DNA of 64,000 bases from Candidatus Thorarchaeota archaeon (GTDB lineage: Archaea; Asgardarchaeota; Thorarchaeia; Thorarchaeales; Thorarchaeaceae), in contig JBHIAE010000007.1 in NCBI GenBank assembly GCA_046758445.1, forward strand, positions 27,031-91,030. The letters run 5' to 3'. Made by a program: the position numbers and the translations under genes. This document shows positions 55,232 through 64,000 of this stretch, in pieces. The notes beneath the pieces were generated by a model. The model made no database searches, was not told where the DNA came from, and worked only from the letters and a program-made list of their open reading frames with translations. How positions within the stretch are numbered: the stretch's first letter is position 1; the number at the start of each line of letters is the position of its first letter.

Positions 55232-56179
55232 TTGACCGACGAGCTGACAGAAACACTGCAGAACATCAAAATGATTACAGGTGTTGAGAACGTAGTCCTA
55301 ATCCAGAAGGATGGTCTTCCGGTCGCAAGCGCAGGGGTCTGGTTCAGCAAAGAAGAGGTGTTTGCAGTTGCATCATCAACCTGTGCAATCTATGGCGTTG
55401 CTAGACTTATCCATGGCGATTTCAAGTATCTCCTAATGGAGTCTGAAACATCAAAGGTCTTCTTGGCATCCCTTCCTAATGATTCAGACTACTTCCTCAC
55501 AGTTACGACGGCACCCCGAGTTAACCTGGCTGCACTATTCATAGAGATGAAGGACAGCTTGTCTCGAGTATCATTCCTGTTACGTCAACATGTTAATGGC
55601 AGGCTGCCACCTCTGCGTTCCTATAGCACTGATGAAACACAGAAGGTATTGAGCGGGTTCTCTGTAGCAGAGGGACAGAATACAACCCATTCTGTTTCGA
55701 GGTCAATAATCTCACTTGATCGATCTCAAGCTCTGACCCTAAGGGCCCTATTGCGACAAATACATGATAGTTTCCCTGAGATCGACTCAGTCTTTCTCTC
55801 TCTAAGCGGAGGAGTTAGAGTTTCTCTTGAAGGGTTTACAAACGATAGGCTTGCCGCGATGTCGTTTGCTCTTCACGATGCTTCTGAGCGCGTTGTCAGA
55901 ACTCTGAGAAACAGTAATCTCCAGACAGTTCTCTGTGAAGCCGGGAACACTCGACATTTCACCTACGCCATACCAAATGGTGTCTTCAGTATGTGGGTAA
56001 ATCGAGATGGCCAGAAACTTGGGCTCATGAGGCTGCTCTTGAAGCACTATATCGAGGAGATCAAGAGAGTTCTGAACACTGCTGGAGTAATGAAACCAGC
56101 CGTACCGGATGACCTCAAAGAGATACTTCTGGCAGGAGGATCTGAGAATGGCGTCCTAATGGCGAGGCGAGAATCATGA
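55232..56179 (+). CDS. Tandem roadblock/LC7 (MglB-like) domain protein
   Basis: Two repeats of helix-(GV..VVLI..DGL.VAS / I.SVFL...GG..VS)-AAM helix-beta-beta-(NL/KL)G.. pattern. Confidence 0.75.
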   Translation: MTDELTETLQNIKMITGVENVVLIQKDGLPVASAGVWFSKEEVFAVASSTCAIYGVARLIHGDFKYLLMESETSKVFLASLPNDSDYFLTVTTAPRVNLAALFIEMKDSLSRVSFLLRQHVNGRLPPLRSYSTDETQKVLSGFSVAEGQNTTHSVSRSIISLDRSQALTLRALLRQIHDSFPEIDSVFLSLSGGVRVSLEGFTNDRLAAMSFALHDASERVVRTLRNSNLQTVLCEAGNTRHFTYAIPNGVFSMWVNRDGQKLGLMRLLLKHYIEEIKRVLNTAGVMKPAVPDDLKEILLAGGSENGVLMARRES

Positions 56180-57096
56180 CGTATTCTATAATGCGAATGA
56201 TAGAACTCTTAGGAGATGGGTTTCCACTTCTGTTGAACTCAGTGTTGAATCGTATTCCGATTCTTGTGACAGGTCAAGATGTCGAACTAGTAGATGACAT
56301 TTCTGAGAGCCTAACATCGCTCTGTCCTCACCACCACAAGCTGGTCTTCTGGCGCGACTTCACATCAGAAGGAGAACTTCTCTCTGTCTGGGAGGAGGAG
56401 AAACACAACTATGAGGTAAGTAGGACTGTGGTTTGTGGTCTATCTTCCAATCTCAGACTGGCTATTGAACGCATAAGTCGCTTCATGGGCTGGATTCTGG
56501 CAATCCCCATCGGAGCGAACGTACTAGGAATTCATGTGGACGAAGAGCTTATGCAGACAGTCATTCACCGCATGCTGCAACACTCGCAAAACTGTGGGCT
56601 ACTCAGAGTCACATCACCATCATCAATGACTCTCTCGTTAGTAGAACCATGTGTCAGCAGCCTCGATGTTGAGAAGAAGATCGTGAGCAAGATTCTTACA
56701 AGGAAGCGACAAGCTCTCGAGAGGATTCGAAGACTTCTGAGAAAGTCACTCCGTGGACTTAATGTATCCAATCACATTCTGGATGCTGTTCTGAAACTGG
56801 ATGACGAATCCGAGAAGCTGACACATGACGTGTTCGATGAGGAAGTCAGCAATTACGTTCATGCAGCCCGAAGGGCTGTCACTCTTCTCTCTAGAATCCG
56901 TCTGGCACGAGAACTAGGTGCCTCTACAACTCTCACTGAAAGAAACCTATACGAAGCCATTGGCTGGGAAGGAGGAGGCCTGTCTGATCTGATTCGTTTC
57001 ATTCGTGCTGAATGGCATGAAGACTTCTCAGATTGCGTAAAATCTGGTGCTCTCTCCGGTCTGGGAGCGTGGGTGGACAGTATGTGGGGGACCTAG
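56176..57096 (+). CDS. Hypothetical protein with N-terminal folliculin/cDENN-like region
   Basis: SIMRMIELLG.GF.LLL..VL...ILV.G.DVELV....E.L..L.P resembles the start of the folliculin C-terminal DENN module (recalled, not searched); ATGA overlap with the roadblock gene. Confidence 0.55.
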   Translation: MTYSIMRMIELLGDGFPLLLNSVLNRIPILVTGQDVELVDDISESLTSLCPHHHKLVFWRDFTSEGELLSVWEEEKHNYEVSRTVVCGLSSNLRLAIERISRFMGWILAIPIGANVLGIHVDEELMQTVIHRMLQHSQNCGLLRVTSPSSMTLSLVEPCVSSLDVEKKIVSKILTRKRQALERIRRLLRKSLRGLNVSNHILDAVLKLDDESEKLTHDVFDEEVSNYVHAARRAVTLLSRIRLARELGASTTLTERNLYEAIGWEGGGLSDLIRFIRAEWHEDFSDCVKSGALSGLGAWVDSMWGT

Positions 57097-57113
57097 AACA
57101 GGAGGAGAATGAG

Positions 57114-57695
57114 ATGATCATAGACTACGGAACACGGTCAGTGGGTCTCAAGATAGTGTTCTTTGGACCAGCAATGAGTGGAAAGACTACAGCAATCAGA
57201 TGGCTTTTCCTAAGCCTCGACTATGCAGATAAGCTGACATCAATCGAGAACACAGTTGGGAGAACGATGTTCTGCGACTTTGGCACAATCCCGTTCCCCA
57301 TCGGTGATACTTGGACAATCAATGCTCACGTGTGGTCTGCAACAGGACAGGACTTCTATAGGTCAACTAGGGAAGTCGTCCTAGTGGGCGCAGATGGAGT
57401 CATATTCATGGTCGATTCACAGGAGCATCTACTGGATGAGAACCTGGCCAGTTGGAATGAGCTTGTGACACTGGTAGCAGAAGAGGAGAAACCTCTTCCT
57501 ATTGTGGTGTGTTTAAACAAACAAGATCTTCCCGGAGCAGTGCAAGAAGAACTAATCAGGTCGCATCTCAAGCTACCTTTCTCAGTACCTGTATTCAAGA
57601 GCGTGGCGAAGGACGGATTCAACATCCTTGAGGCCTTTCAACATCTCTTCCGTGATGCAATGCGCGCCAGTGTTCTTACTCAGCCCATATCATGA
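57114..57695 (+). CDS. MglA-family small GTPase
   Basis: KIVFFGPAMSGKTT, GRTMFCDF (intrinsic Arg), SATGQ.FY, GADGVIF..DSQ, NKQD, SVA; GGAGG RBS. Confidence 0.9.
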   Translation: MIIDYGTRSVGLKIVFFGPAMSGKTTAIRWLFLSLDYADKLTSIENTVGRTMFCDFGTIPFPIGDTWTINAHVWSATGQDFYRSTREVVLVGADGVIFMVDSQEHLLDENLASWNELVTLVAEEEKPLPIVVCLNKQDLPGAVQEELIRSHLKLPFSVPVFKSVAKDGFNILEAFQHLFRDAMRASVLTQPIS

Positions 57696-57824
57696 GAAGG
57701 AAATACAACAGGCGGAAGCTTGTTTCCAACGAACGATTTATACGAACCCGTGCGACTGCGGCATCAGTCTTAGGTCCCATTGACAATCAATGTGCAAGAT
57801 GCTTGATGTATTGAGGAGTCGCAC

Positions 57825-59501
57825 TTGAACTCGAATCGTAATGGAACGCGCTTTGTTTTTGTCACAGGAGGAGTGCTCTCAGGTATTGGAAAGGGTGTCA
57901 CAACGGCCTCAATTGCAAAGTTACTACAGTTTCGTGGGTACGACATCAGCATAATCAAGATTGACCCCTACTTGAACATAGATCCAGGAACACTCAATCC
58001 GATTGAACACGGCGAGGTCTTCGTAACAGATCAGACATGGACATTCAGTCCTGCCGAGGGATTTGAATTCAATATATCCGAGATTGATCTTGATTTTGGC
58101 ACCTATGAGCGCTTTACTGGAATGGAGGTTCACCCTTTTCAGAACATAACTTCCGGGCAAATCTACACATCAGTAATCCTTGGAGAGCGAAAGGGGAGCT
58201 TCTTGGGTCGAACCGTACAGATCATTCCACATGTGACTGACAGAATCAAGACTAGAATATGGAATGTGGTCAAGGAACAACAACCTGACGTATTGCTAGT
58301 AGAGATTGGAGGGACGGTCGGCGATATTGAAGCCATGCCATTCCTTGAAGCAGTCAGACAACTGACAAGTGAAGTAGGAAGAGGGAAGGTGGCCCTTGTT
58401 CATGTGACTCTCGTTCCGTACGTTGTCTCTGTTGGAGAGTTCAAGACTAAGCCAACGCAACACAGCGTCAAGACTCTTCAGGGACTCGGTCTACAGCCTG
58501 ACATCATCGTTTCGAGAGCTGAAAAGGAACTCCCGGATGCTGCAAAGCAGAAGATCGCTCTATTCTGCAACGTTCCTGAGGAGCGCGTAATATCGAATCC
58601 TGATATTCCGGTTGTGTACCGGCTTCCTCTATCTTTTGAGGAGCAAAGTCTTGGAAACATCCTCACAGAGCATCTTGGACTTGAGCCGCGGACACCCTCA
58701 ACTGATGAATGGCGCAAGATAGTGCAGTCCTTTGAATCATGCTCAGAAACCGTAATCATTGCCATGCCAGGCAAATATACCACGCTAAGTGATTCATACA
58801 AGAGCATCAATGAAGCCTTGTCTCATGCAGGTGCAGCCTGTGGGGCAAAAGTCGAAATAAAGTGGATTCGAACCGAAGAACGCTGTGATGAGGAAACCAT
58901 TTCGGAGGATCTAAGAGAAGTGGACGGTGTACTCTTGACACCAGGCTTTGGAGAACGTGGTGTGGAGGGTATGATTTGTGCTGCTGCACTGACATTTGAC
59001 ATGAAGATTCCCTTGCTGGGCATATGTTACGGTGCACAGCTAGGTACTGTTGCATTCGCCAGAAGAATCATGGACTGGGATGGAGCTCACACGACGGAGG
59101 TTGACGCTGATAGTCTGTATCCGGTCGTGGACTTGATGGATGGACAGAAGCTAATCACCGACAAAGGTGGAACAATGCGTCTAGGTGGCCATGAGGTCAC
59201 AATTGTGAAAGGAACGAGGCTTCATGACGTCTATGGAGATACACGCACAAGAGAGAGATTCAGACATAGATTCCATCTGATTGATCGATACATCAGCAGG
59301 ATGAAAGAACAGGGATTGGTCGTTTCAGCACACGATTCAACGGGTGAGATCATCAACGCAGTTGAGTTAGTCAGTCACCCCTTCTGGATTGGAGTGCAAT
59401 TTCACCCCGAGTTTAGATCACGTCCTGGAGCACCACATCCGCTCTACTTGGGCCTTATTAGAGCAGCTCTCGAACACAAGAAGCTGAGAGGGAATGTGTA
59501 G
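57825..59501 (+). CDS. pyrG: CTP synthase
   Basis: TGGVLSGIGKG, KIDPYLN, GGTVGDIE, KTKPTQHSV, GICYG, QFHPE. Confidence 0.98.
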   Translation: MNSNRNGTRFVFVTGGVLSGIGKGVTTASIAKLLQFRGYDISIIKIDPYLNIDPGTLNPIEHGEVFVTDQTWTFSPAEGFEFNISEIDLDFGTYERFTGMEVHPFQNITSGQIYTSVILGERKGSFLGRTVQIIPHVTDRIKTRIWNVVKEQQPDVLLVEIGGTVGDIEAMPFLEAVRQLTSEVGRGKVALVHVTLVPYVVSVGEFKTKPTQHSVKTLQGLGLQPDIIVSRAEKELPDAAKQKIALFCNVPEERVISNPDIPVVYRLPLSFEEQSLGNILTEHLGLEPRTPSTDEWRKIVQSFESCSETVIIAMPGKYTTLSDSYKSINEALSHAGAACGAKVEIKWIRTEERCDEETISEDLREVDGVLLTPGFGERGVEGMICAAALTFDMKIPLLGICYGAQLGTVAFARRIMDWDGAHTTEVDADSLYPVVDLMDGQKLITDKGGTMRLGGHEVTIVKGTRLHDVYGDTRTRERFRHRFHLIDRYISRMKEQGLVVSAHDSTGEIINAVELVSHPFWIGVQFHPEFRSRPGAPHPLYLGLIRAALEHKKLRGNV

Positions 59502-60658
59502 TGGACCGAAACCTCGACTCGATGCTTGCCGCTCTAGTTGAGGAAATAGAGAAGGTCGAGAAGACTCGTATGAGATTCGGGGCCGTCTTGAAACAGATAA
59601 GAGGGGAACTAGACCTTGGTCGGTATCCTGCCCTTGCAACAGAAGCAGTAGAAACCGTGTTCTCGAAGAAGATAGAGCCCACAAGTCTATCAGGTCTAAG
59701 GATTGCTGGCATAGATGGCGGCCTGATTAGACGACGTTTCAGGTCCATGGATCTGATTCTGACACGTGGCATTGCTGTCGTTTTTCACTTTGGACCAGAA
59801 GAGGGCCCTCGAGTCGATTTCTTTCCAAATGCATTTCCAGAACCTAATGTTAAGACAGTGATGTTGACTCTGCCAAGCCCAGAACTAGATCAATTGGCAT
59901 CACTGGAACGTATCGCAACAGAACTCAGAGTCACGCTTTCTGTACTTGACGAGTTCCGTGTTGACTTAATCCTAGTAGACGGTTCACTCTTCCATCACCC
60001 CAGAGATCGCCCCCAGATTGGATCGGTAGCGTACGGGAAGTTTCAGGAAGTAATGGCGCTGTATAGACAAATCTATCATAGGGCCCAGAAGAAGAACACA
60101 ACTTTGGTTGGAATTGTGAAAGACAGTCGTTCAACACGAATAGTGAACATCCTTGGCAACGTACTGCCGCACATCATGAAGAACCCATCAGTTTTCGAAA
60201 TGATGCAAGACGTCGACTATCGCTGGCTGCTCAAGATATCAAGAGACTGTGACCTACTTGATACGTTCCTTGAGGAGGGAGAACGTACTTTCGCTTTCAG
60301 ATACTCTGCAGAACTTTCACAGAGTTCGAATGCGGTCTCTGATGGAATGACTGAATGGGCCTCCTCGATTTGGGTGACATATCTAAAGGCTGCACGTGAC
60401 GACCTACCCCTCAGAATAGAAGTCCTCATAGGCAGAGGTGACGGAGTGGCACAGCTCGACAAAGCTCTTTCTGTCCTGTTACCTCTCTCTTGGCAGCACC
60501 CTGAGTATGGTGTCCCAACCCCGATTCTAGAGGCTGATGCAAGAGCAAGAATCAGCAACAACGAAACCCAGCTTATCATCGACCGCCTAATGGCTCTCTC
60601 AGGCCTGACATATGCTACATTGGAACGAAGACGTTCGAGAAACCCTTTCGGAGGCTAA
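59501..60658 (+). CDS. nurA: DNA double-strand break repair nuclease NurA
   Basis: AGIDGG, ILVDGSL, GIVKDS, YG.P..I.EAD..A; upstream of herA. Confidence 0.9.
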   Translation: MDRNLDSMLAALVEEIEKVEKTRMRFGAVLKQIRGELDLGRYPALATEAVETVFSKKIEPTSLSGLRIAGIDGGLIRRRFRSMDLILTRGIAVVFHFGPEEGPRVDFFPNAFPEPNVKTVMLTLPSPELDQLASLERIATELRVTLSVLDEFRVDLILVDGSLFHHPRDRPQIGSVAYGKFQEVMALYRQIYHRAQKKNTTLVGIVKDSRSTRIVNILGNVLPHIMKNPSVFEMMQDVDYRWLLKISRDCDLLDTFLEEGERTFAFRYSAELSQSSNAVSDGMTEWASSIWVTYLKAARDDLPLRIEVLIGRGDGVAQLDKALSVLLPLSWQHPEYGVPTPILEADARARISNNETQLIIDRLMALSGLTYATLERRRSRNPFGG

Positions 60659-60662
60659 TTCA

Positions 60663-62177
60663 TTGTCTGAACAAACACCTCATTCTAGGATTGGAACCGT
60701 TATCTGTGAACAAGACTCGCCAAGCGTCATGAGCTTCTCTTTCGTAGTGGAAGGGAACGATCAGGATGTAGTTGTACGCAGAGGCGAGTTTGTTTCTGTG
60801 GAAACCGTTAGCGGAACGGTCATTGCGAGAGTTCAGAATCTCATCAGAGTAAATCGCTATTACCAACATGCTGAGGCAGTTAGAGAGTACCAATCAAGAG
60901 GCGAGCCTCTCCGTTCAATATTCCCTACAGATCGATGGCAATACACTGTTGCGAAGGTCCAGGTACTGGGTCTCTGGTCTGAGAACAAGTCACTCCGCCC
61001 ATATTCTGCAGTTTCTCCCGGTGCGCCTGTTAGAAAGACGAATGAGGATGTTCTCGCAGGATTCTTGAAACTAGACTCCAAAGAGGGACTCAGGCTTGGT
61101 AGGCTAGCTCACCATGAGTTGGAGTTCAGTCCTACAGTAGATCGATTGCTCTCTAAGCACCTTGCTGTCCTAGCCATGAGTGGGGCTGGCAAATCCTACT
61201 TTGTTTCAGTGCTGCTTGAGGAGCTGCTGATGCGTACGAAGAAACAGGGTCGACTAGCGGTGGTCGTCGTTGATGTACATGGCGAGTACTCATATCTCAA
61301 GGATCTGACCGCCGAATCCCTTGATTTACAGGACCACCCAGTTGAGATAGAACACATTCGGGCATCACACATCCAAATCCCCGTGAGGTCCTTGGCAGCT
61401 GAAGCCATTGGTGCACTCGTGGCTGACATGAGTGCAGTCCAGGTACGAGACTTGAGAAGAGTAATCACTGAGATGCGCAAGAAGACGAAGACTGGATACA
61501 CACTTGGTGACATCATAGAGTATGTACGGAATGATGAAACCATAAGCAAGAACACTAGAGAAGCAATGATTGGCTGGCTTGTCAATCTCGAAGACACGGG
61601 CCTATTTGGTATAGAGGCAGTCCCAGATATCGCCAGTATGGTCAGACCAGGAAAGCTCACGCTGATTGACTTGAGTGACTTCATCAGCCTAAAGAAGAAG
61701 CAGATTGCCGTGTCTCACCTAGTAAACGAACTCCTTCGAATGCGCCGCAGAGGAACCATTCCACCGTTTCTATTAGTCCTTGAAGAAGCACATCAGTTCT
61801 GCCCGGAGAGTCGCCATGAGCTAGCTCTGCCAAAGAGCCGTATTGAAACAATAGCCAGGGAAGGACGAAAGTTCCATGCACTTCTATGTCTGGTGTCACA
61901 GAGACCTGTGAAACTATCCACGACAGTGCTGAGTCAGTGCAGCAATCAGGCCATTCTCCGGGCAACCAATCCATACGATCTGGACCACATAGGCCGCAGT
62001 AGTGAAGGGATTGACCGAGAGTCTCTAGATACCATTACCACGTTGGAGATTGGTGAGGCCCTATTTGTTGGAGAAACAGTTGGCGTGCCTACGTTTGTAA
62101 AGATACGCAAGAAACACTTTGAGCCGACCGGAGCCATCCGAGGGCTATCGGACGCCGTGAAGAAGGCGGACAAGTAG
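60663..62177 (+). CDS. herA: Bipolar DNA helicase HerA
   Basis: N-terminal HAS barrel, HLAVLAMSGAGKS, DVHGEY, LEEAH, IAREGRKF, SQRP, LSQC. Confidence 0.93.
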   Translation: MSEQTPHSRIGTVICEQDSPSVMSFSFVVEGNDQDVVVRRGEFVSVETVSGTVIARVQNLIRVNRYYQHAEAVREYQSRGEPLRSIFPTDRWQYTVAKVQVLGLWSENKSLRPYSAVSPGAPVRKTNEDVLAGFLKLDSKEGLRLGRLAHHELEFSPTVDRLLSKHLAVLAMSGAGKSYFVSVLLEELLMRTKKQGRLAVVVVDVHGEYSYLKDLTAESLDLQDHPVEIEHIRASHIQIPVRSLAAEAIGALVADMSAVQVRDLRRVITEMRKKTKTGYTLGDIIEYVRNDETISKNTREAMIGWLVNLEDTGLFGIEAVPDIASMVRPGKLTLIDLSDFISLKKKQIAVSHLVNELLRMRRRGTIPPFLLVLEEAHQFCPESRHELALPKSRIETIAREGRKFHALLCLVSQRPVKLSTTVLSQCSNQAILRATNPYDLDHIGRSSEGIDRESLDTITTLEIGEALFVGETVGVPTFVKIRKKHFEPTGAIRGLSDAVKKADK

Positions 62178-62285
62178 TCAGGGCAGCATTACTTCAAACA
62201 CGAGGGCTCTCCCCATAACAGTCAAAAAGCAAAGACTCCAGCTACCATTTGAGAATCAAAACTGAAGGTCTCAGGGGCCACCCCG

Positions 62286-62855
62286 ATGTCTGAGAAGAAC
62301 CTCGCGGATATCAAGAAACTCATTGACAGCATGCAGTCTGGATTGGTGGAGCTGTTTGATCAACTCCGTGAACTTAGGCGTGTGCTAGACTTGGCCAGTG
62401 AAACTCTGGAATCTGACTTGTCATTGTCATCGAGCTCACTGTTCTCAGGGGTTTCGACATCGTCACCTGGTGATTCCATCAAGACAGACCTGAACACACA
62501 TTCAGATATGAAGACCAACCTTGACTCTGTCCGAGAAGAATCATTAACACAACCCGGAATCACATCAGTAGTTAGTGAAGACGTGTCACGCGTGTTAGAC
62601 CCCATCACACATGAGCTTCAAACAGGCGATGCCCCAGCAAATGTCATAGCAGAATATGTTCAGGCTGCAAAAGAGTACCTAATCAAGGAGGACCCCGCGA
62701 ACAACAAGGTAGCGCGCGACATGGAGGTCGTCCTGAAATTCCTCCGTGCAAGAGGAACAAGAGGAATTCGACCTGAAGAGCGTGACAACATCCTGAAGCG
62801 TATTGGGAGATGGAAAGTACACCTCTCTGCCTTTGGCGAATATGCAGAGGGTTGA
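62286..62855 (+). CDS. Hypothetical protein (N-terminal coiled coil, Ser-rich linker, helical C-terminal domain)
   Basis: 189-aa ORF with ATG start, heptad N-terminus and low-complexity linker. Confidence 0.65.
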   Translation: MSEKNLADIKKLIDSMQSGLVELFDQLRELRRVLDLASETLESDLSLSSSSLFSGVSTSSPGDSIKTDLNTHSDMKTNLDSVREESLTQPGITSVVSEDVSRVLDPITHELQTGDAPANVIAEYVQAAKEYLIKEDPANNKVARDMEVVLKFLRARGTRGIRPEERDNILKRIGRWKVHLSAFGEYAEG

Positions 62856-62944
62856 CCCCTCTGAGAAACCGCAATTCTGCCGTCTTTCCTCTAGTCGGGA
62901 AGAAAAACCATCCGGCACCCCGGATGAAAACAAGGTAGCGTCAT

Positions 62945-63262
62945 CTACTCTAAGTCAATGATGATTCTCTTGACTTTGGTTCTCGAAATCTTCTTCAGTC
63001 CATGTTGTCCTGGTTCGTAGCGGCACTCCAACAGACCGGAATCGAACAAGATCTTGATCTGGGCGCTGGCATTTGCCTCTGTTCCGCCGAGGTGTCGTGC
63101 CACTCTTGTAACATCCTTCTCTCCTTGAAGCAGGATCTGTAGTATCTTTAGTCGAGTTCCAGATGAAAGTGCTCGTCCAATGCGCAGTATGGCGTTCTTA
63201 TCGTTGACTTGTAGTGTTTCTGACAGTTCTAACACCTCGCATGAGTGTAAGCTGTTGCTCAA
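62945..63262 (-). CDS. ArsR-family HTH regulator
   Basis: ALSS.TRLKILQIL, DVT.VA..LG.TEANAS.QI..L...GLL. Confidence 0.85.
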   Translation of the reverse strand: MSNSLHSCEVLELSETLQVNDKNAILRIGRALSSGTRLKILQILLQGEKDVTRVARHLGGTEANASAQIKILFDSGLLECRYEPGQHGLKKISRTKVKRIIIDLE

Positions 63263-63369
63263 GTAAGTCTTTATTATACTTGTTGTTTGGGAATGCCTAC
63301 AGGTTCAATTCTTATCCGATGTGAATCCTTATAGCCAAACCAACGGAGTCGCATCTGAGTGGAGAGTCT

Positions 63370-64000
63370 ATGGGTGAAGATGGCGTTCTCATAATGGGAT
63401 TTGACATTCTGCCAAGCCATAGTCCTAGGTCAAAGACAAGTTCGAAGTTTGCATGTGTGATACTGCGAGAGGGAATAGTACTGAGAGAGTATCCTGAGAT
63501 CTCTCGTGGAGCACTTCTGAAGCTCGTTCGTGATATTCGCCCCAAATGGTTCTGTACTGATAACATATTCGAGATAGTTCCCGATAGAAAGGCCCTCTTT
63601 AGGCTCGTTGACCGGATACCCTCTGAAACACGGCTTGTGCAGGTCACTGGCGTACCACCACACCAAGTCGCGTTGAAGAGGCTTGCGAAAAGGCATGGGA
63701 TGAATGCGCGAGGAAAACTCTCTCCCCTTGAGTCGGCAAGGATTGCAGCAAAGCTCGCGTCGATGGGCATCGGACACAGCCTAGAGTGCTTTGGAGAACA
63801 GACAGAGATCAAAGTGACACGTGGTAGGAAGCCAGGGCGCGGCGGTCAGAGTGCCAATCGCTTCAGACGGAAGGTACATTCTCAGATACAACAGATGACT
63901 CGTTTCATTGAGGACCAAATCAAAGAGCTCCGTATTGACTATGAGATCGATGTACGTAACTCCGATTTTGGATATGCTAGCGCTCGCATCATAGCGTATG
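63370..64000 (+). CDS. DUF460 (COG2433-like) protein, truncated by the window end
   Basis: Not in the ORF track; translated by hand: MGEDGVLIMGFDI...TDNIFEI...LVQVTG...V.RGRKPGRGGQSANRFRR. Confidence 0.8.
   Translation, partial: MGEDGVLIMGFDILPSHSPRSKTSSKFACVILREGIVLREYPEISRGALLKLVRDIRPKWFCTDNIFEIVPDRKALFRLVDRIPSETRLVQVTGVPPHQVALKRLAKRHGMNARGKLSPLESARIAAKLASMGIGHSLECFGEQTEIKVTRGRKPGRGGQSANRFRRKVHSQIQQMTRFIEDQIKELRIDYEIDVRNSDFGYASARIIAY

Noticed and set aside
63312-63812. Minus-strand ORFs of 166 and 115 aa
   Set aside because: Shadow frames of the plus-strand DUF460 gene running off the window end

Overview
Core chromosomal segment of an archaeon, most likely an Asgard archaeon (Thorarchaeota-like). 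This is inferred from an RPB8-like Rpo8, a roadblock/MglA-type GTPase module with a folliculin/DENN-like gene, GINS23-MCM, and TFE-MBF1-PAN-NAC synteny. About 58 CDS: information processing (tfe, mbf1, pan, nac, TFB paralog, rpo8, rps10, cdc6, rfcL/S, gins, mcm, hel308, nurA/herA, tRNA modifiers), peptide/amino-acid metabolism (iorAB, ADP-forming acyl-CoA ligase, split LKR+SDH, 2-oxoacid oxidoreductase alpha), glmS, ipk and pyrG. Three tRNAs are present, two with non-canonical BHB introns. No integrase, transposase, CRISPR array or rRNA was seen. Main new observations: (1) a candidate replication origin at 13.47-13.71 kb (two inverted ORB boxes around an AT-rich spacer, framed by a 17-bp inverted repeat), plus a second ORB/iteron cluster at 17.5-17.9 kb; (2) a two-gene AAA+ ATPase + ribbon-helix-helix operon (5236-6500) bracketed by TGTATTACAAG sites that recur only around this origin, i.e. 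a candidate new ParABS/SegAB-like chromosome segregation system with a non-ParA motor; (3) a tandem-roadblock / folliculin-cDENN-like / MglA-GTPase operon; (4) dispersed VirB2-, VirB4-, VirB11/CpaF- and Flp-like genes suggesting a Ced/Ted-like DNA transfer or pilus apparatus. All assignments come from reading motifs by eye; no database search was run.
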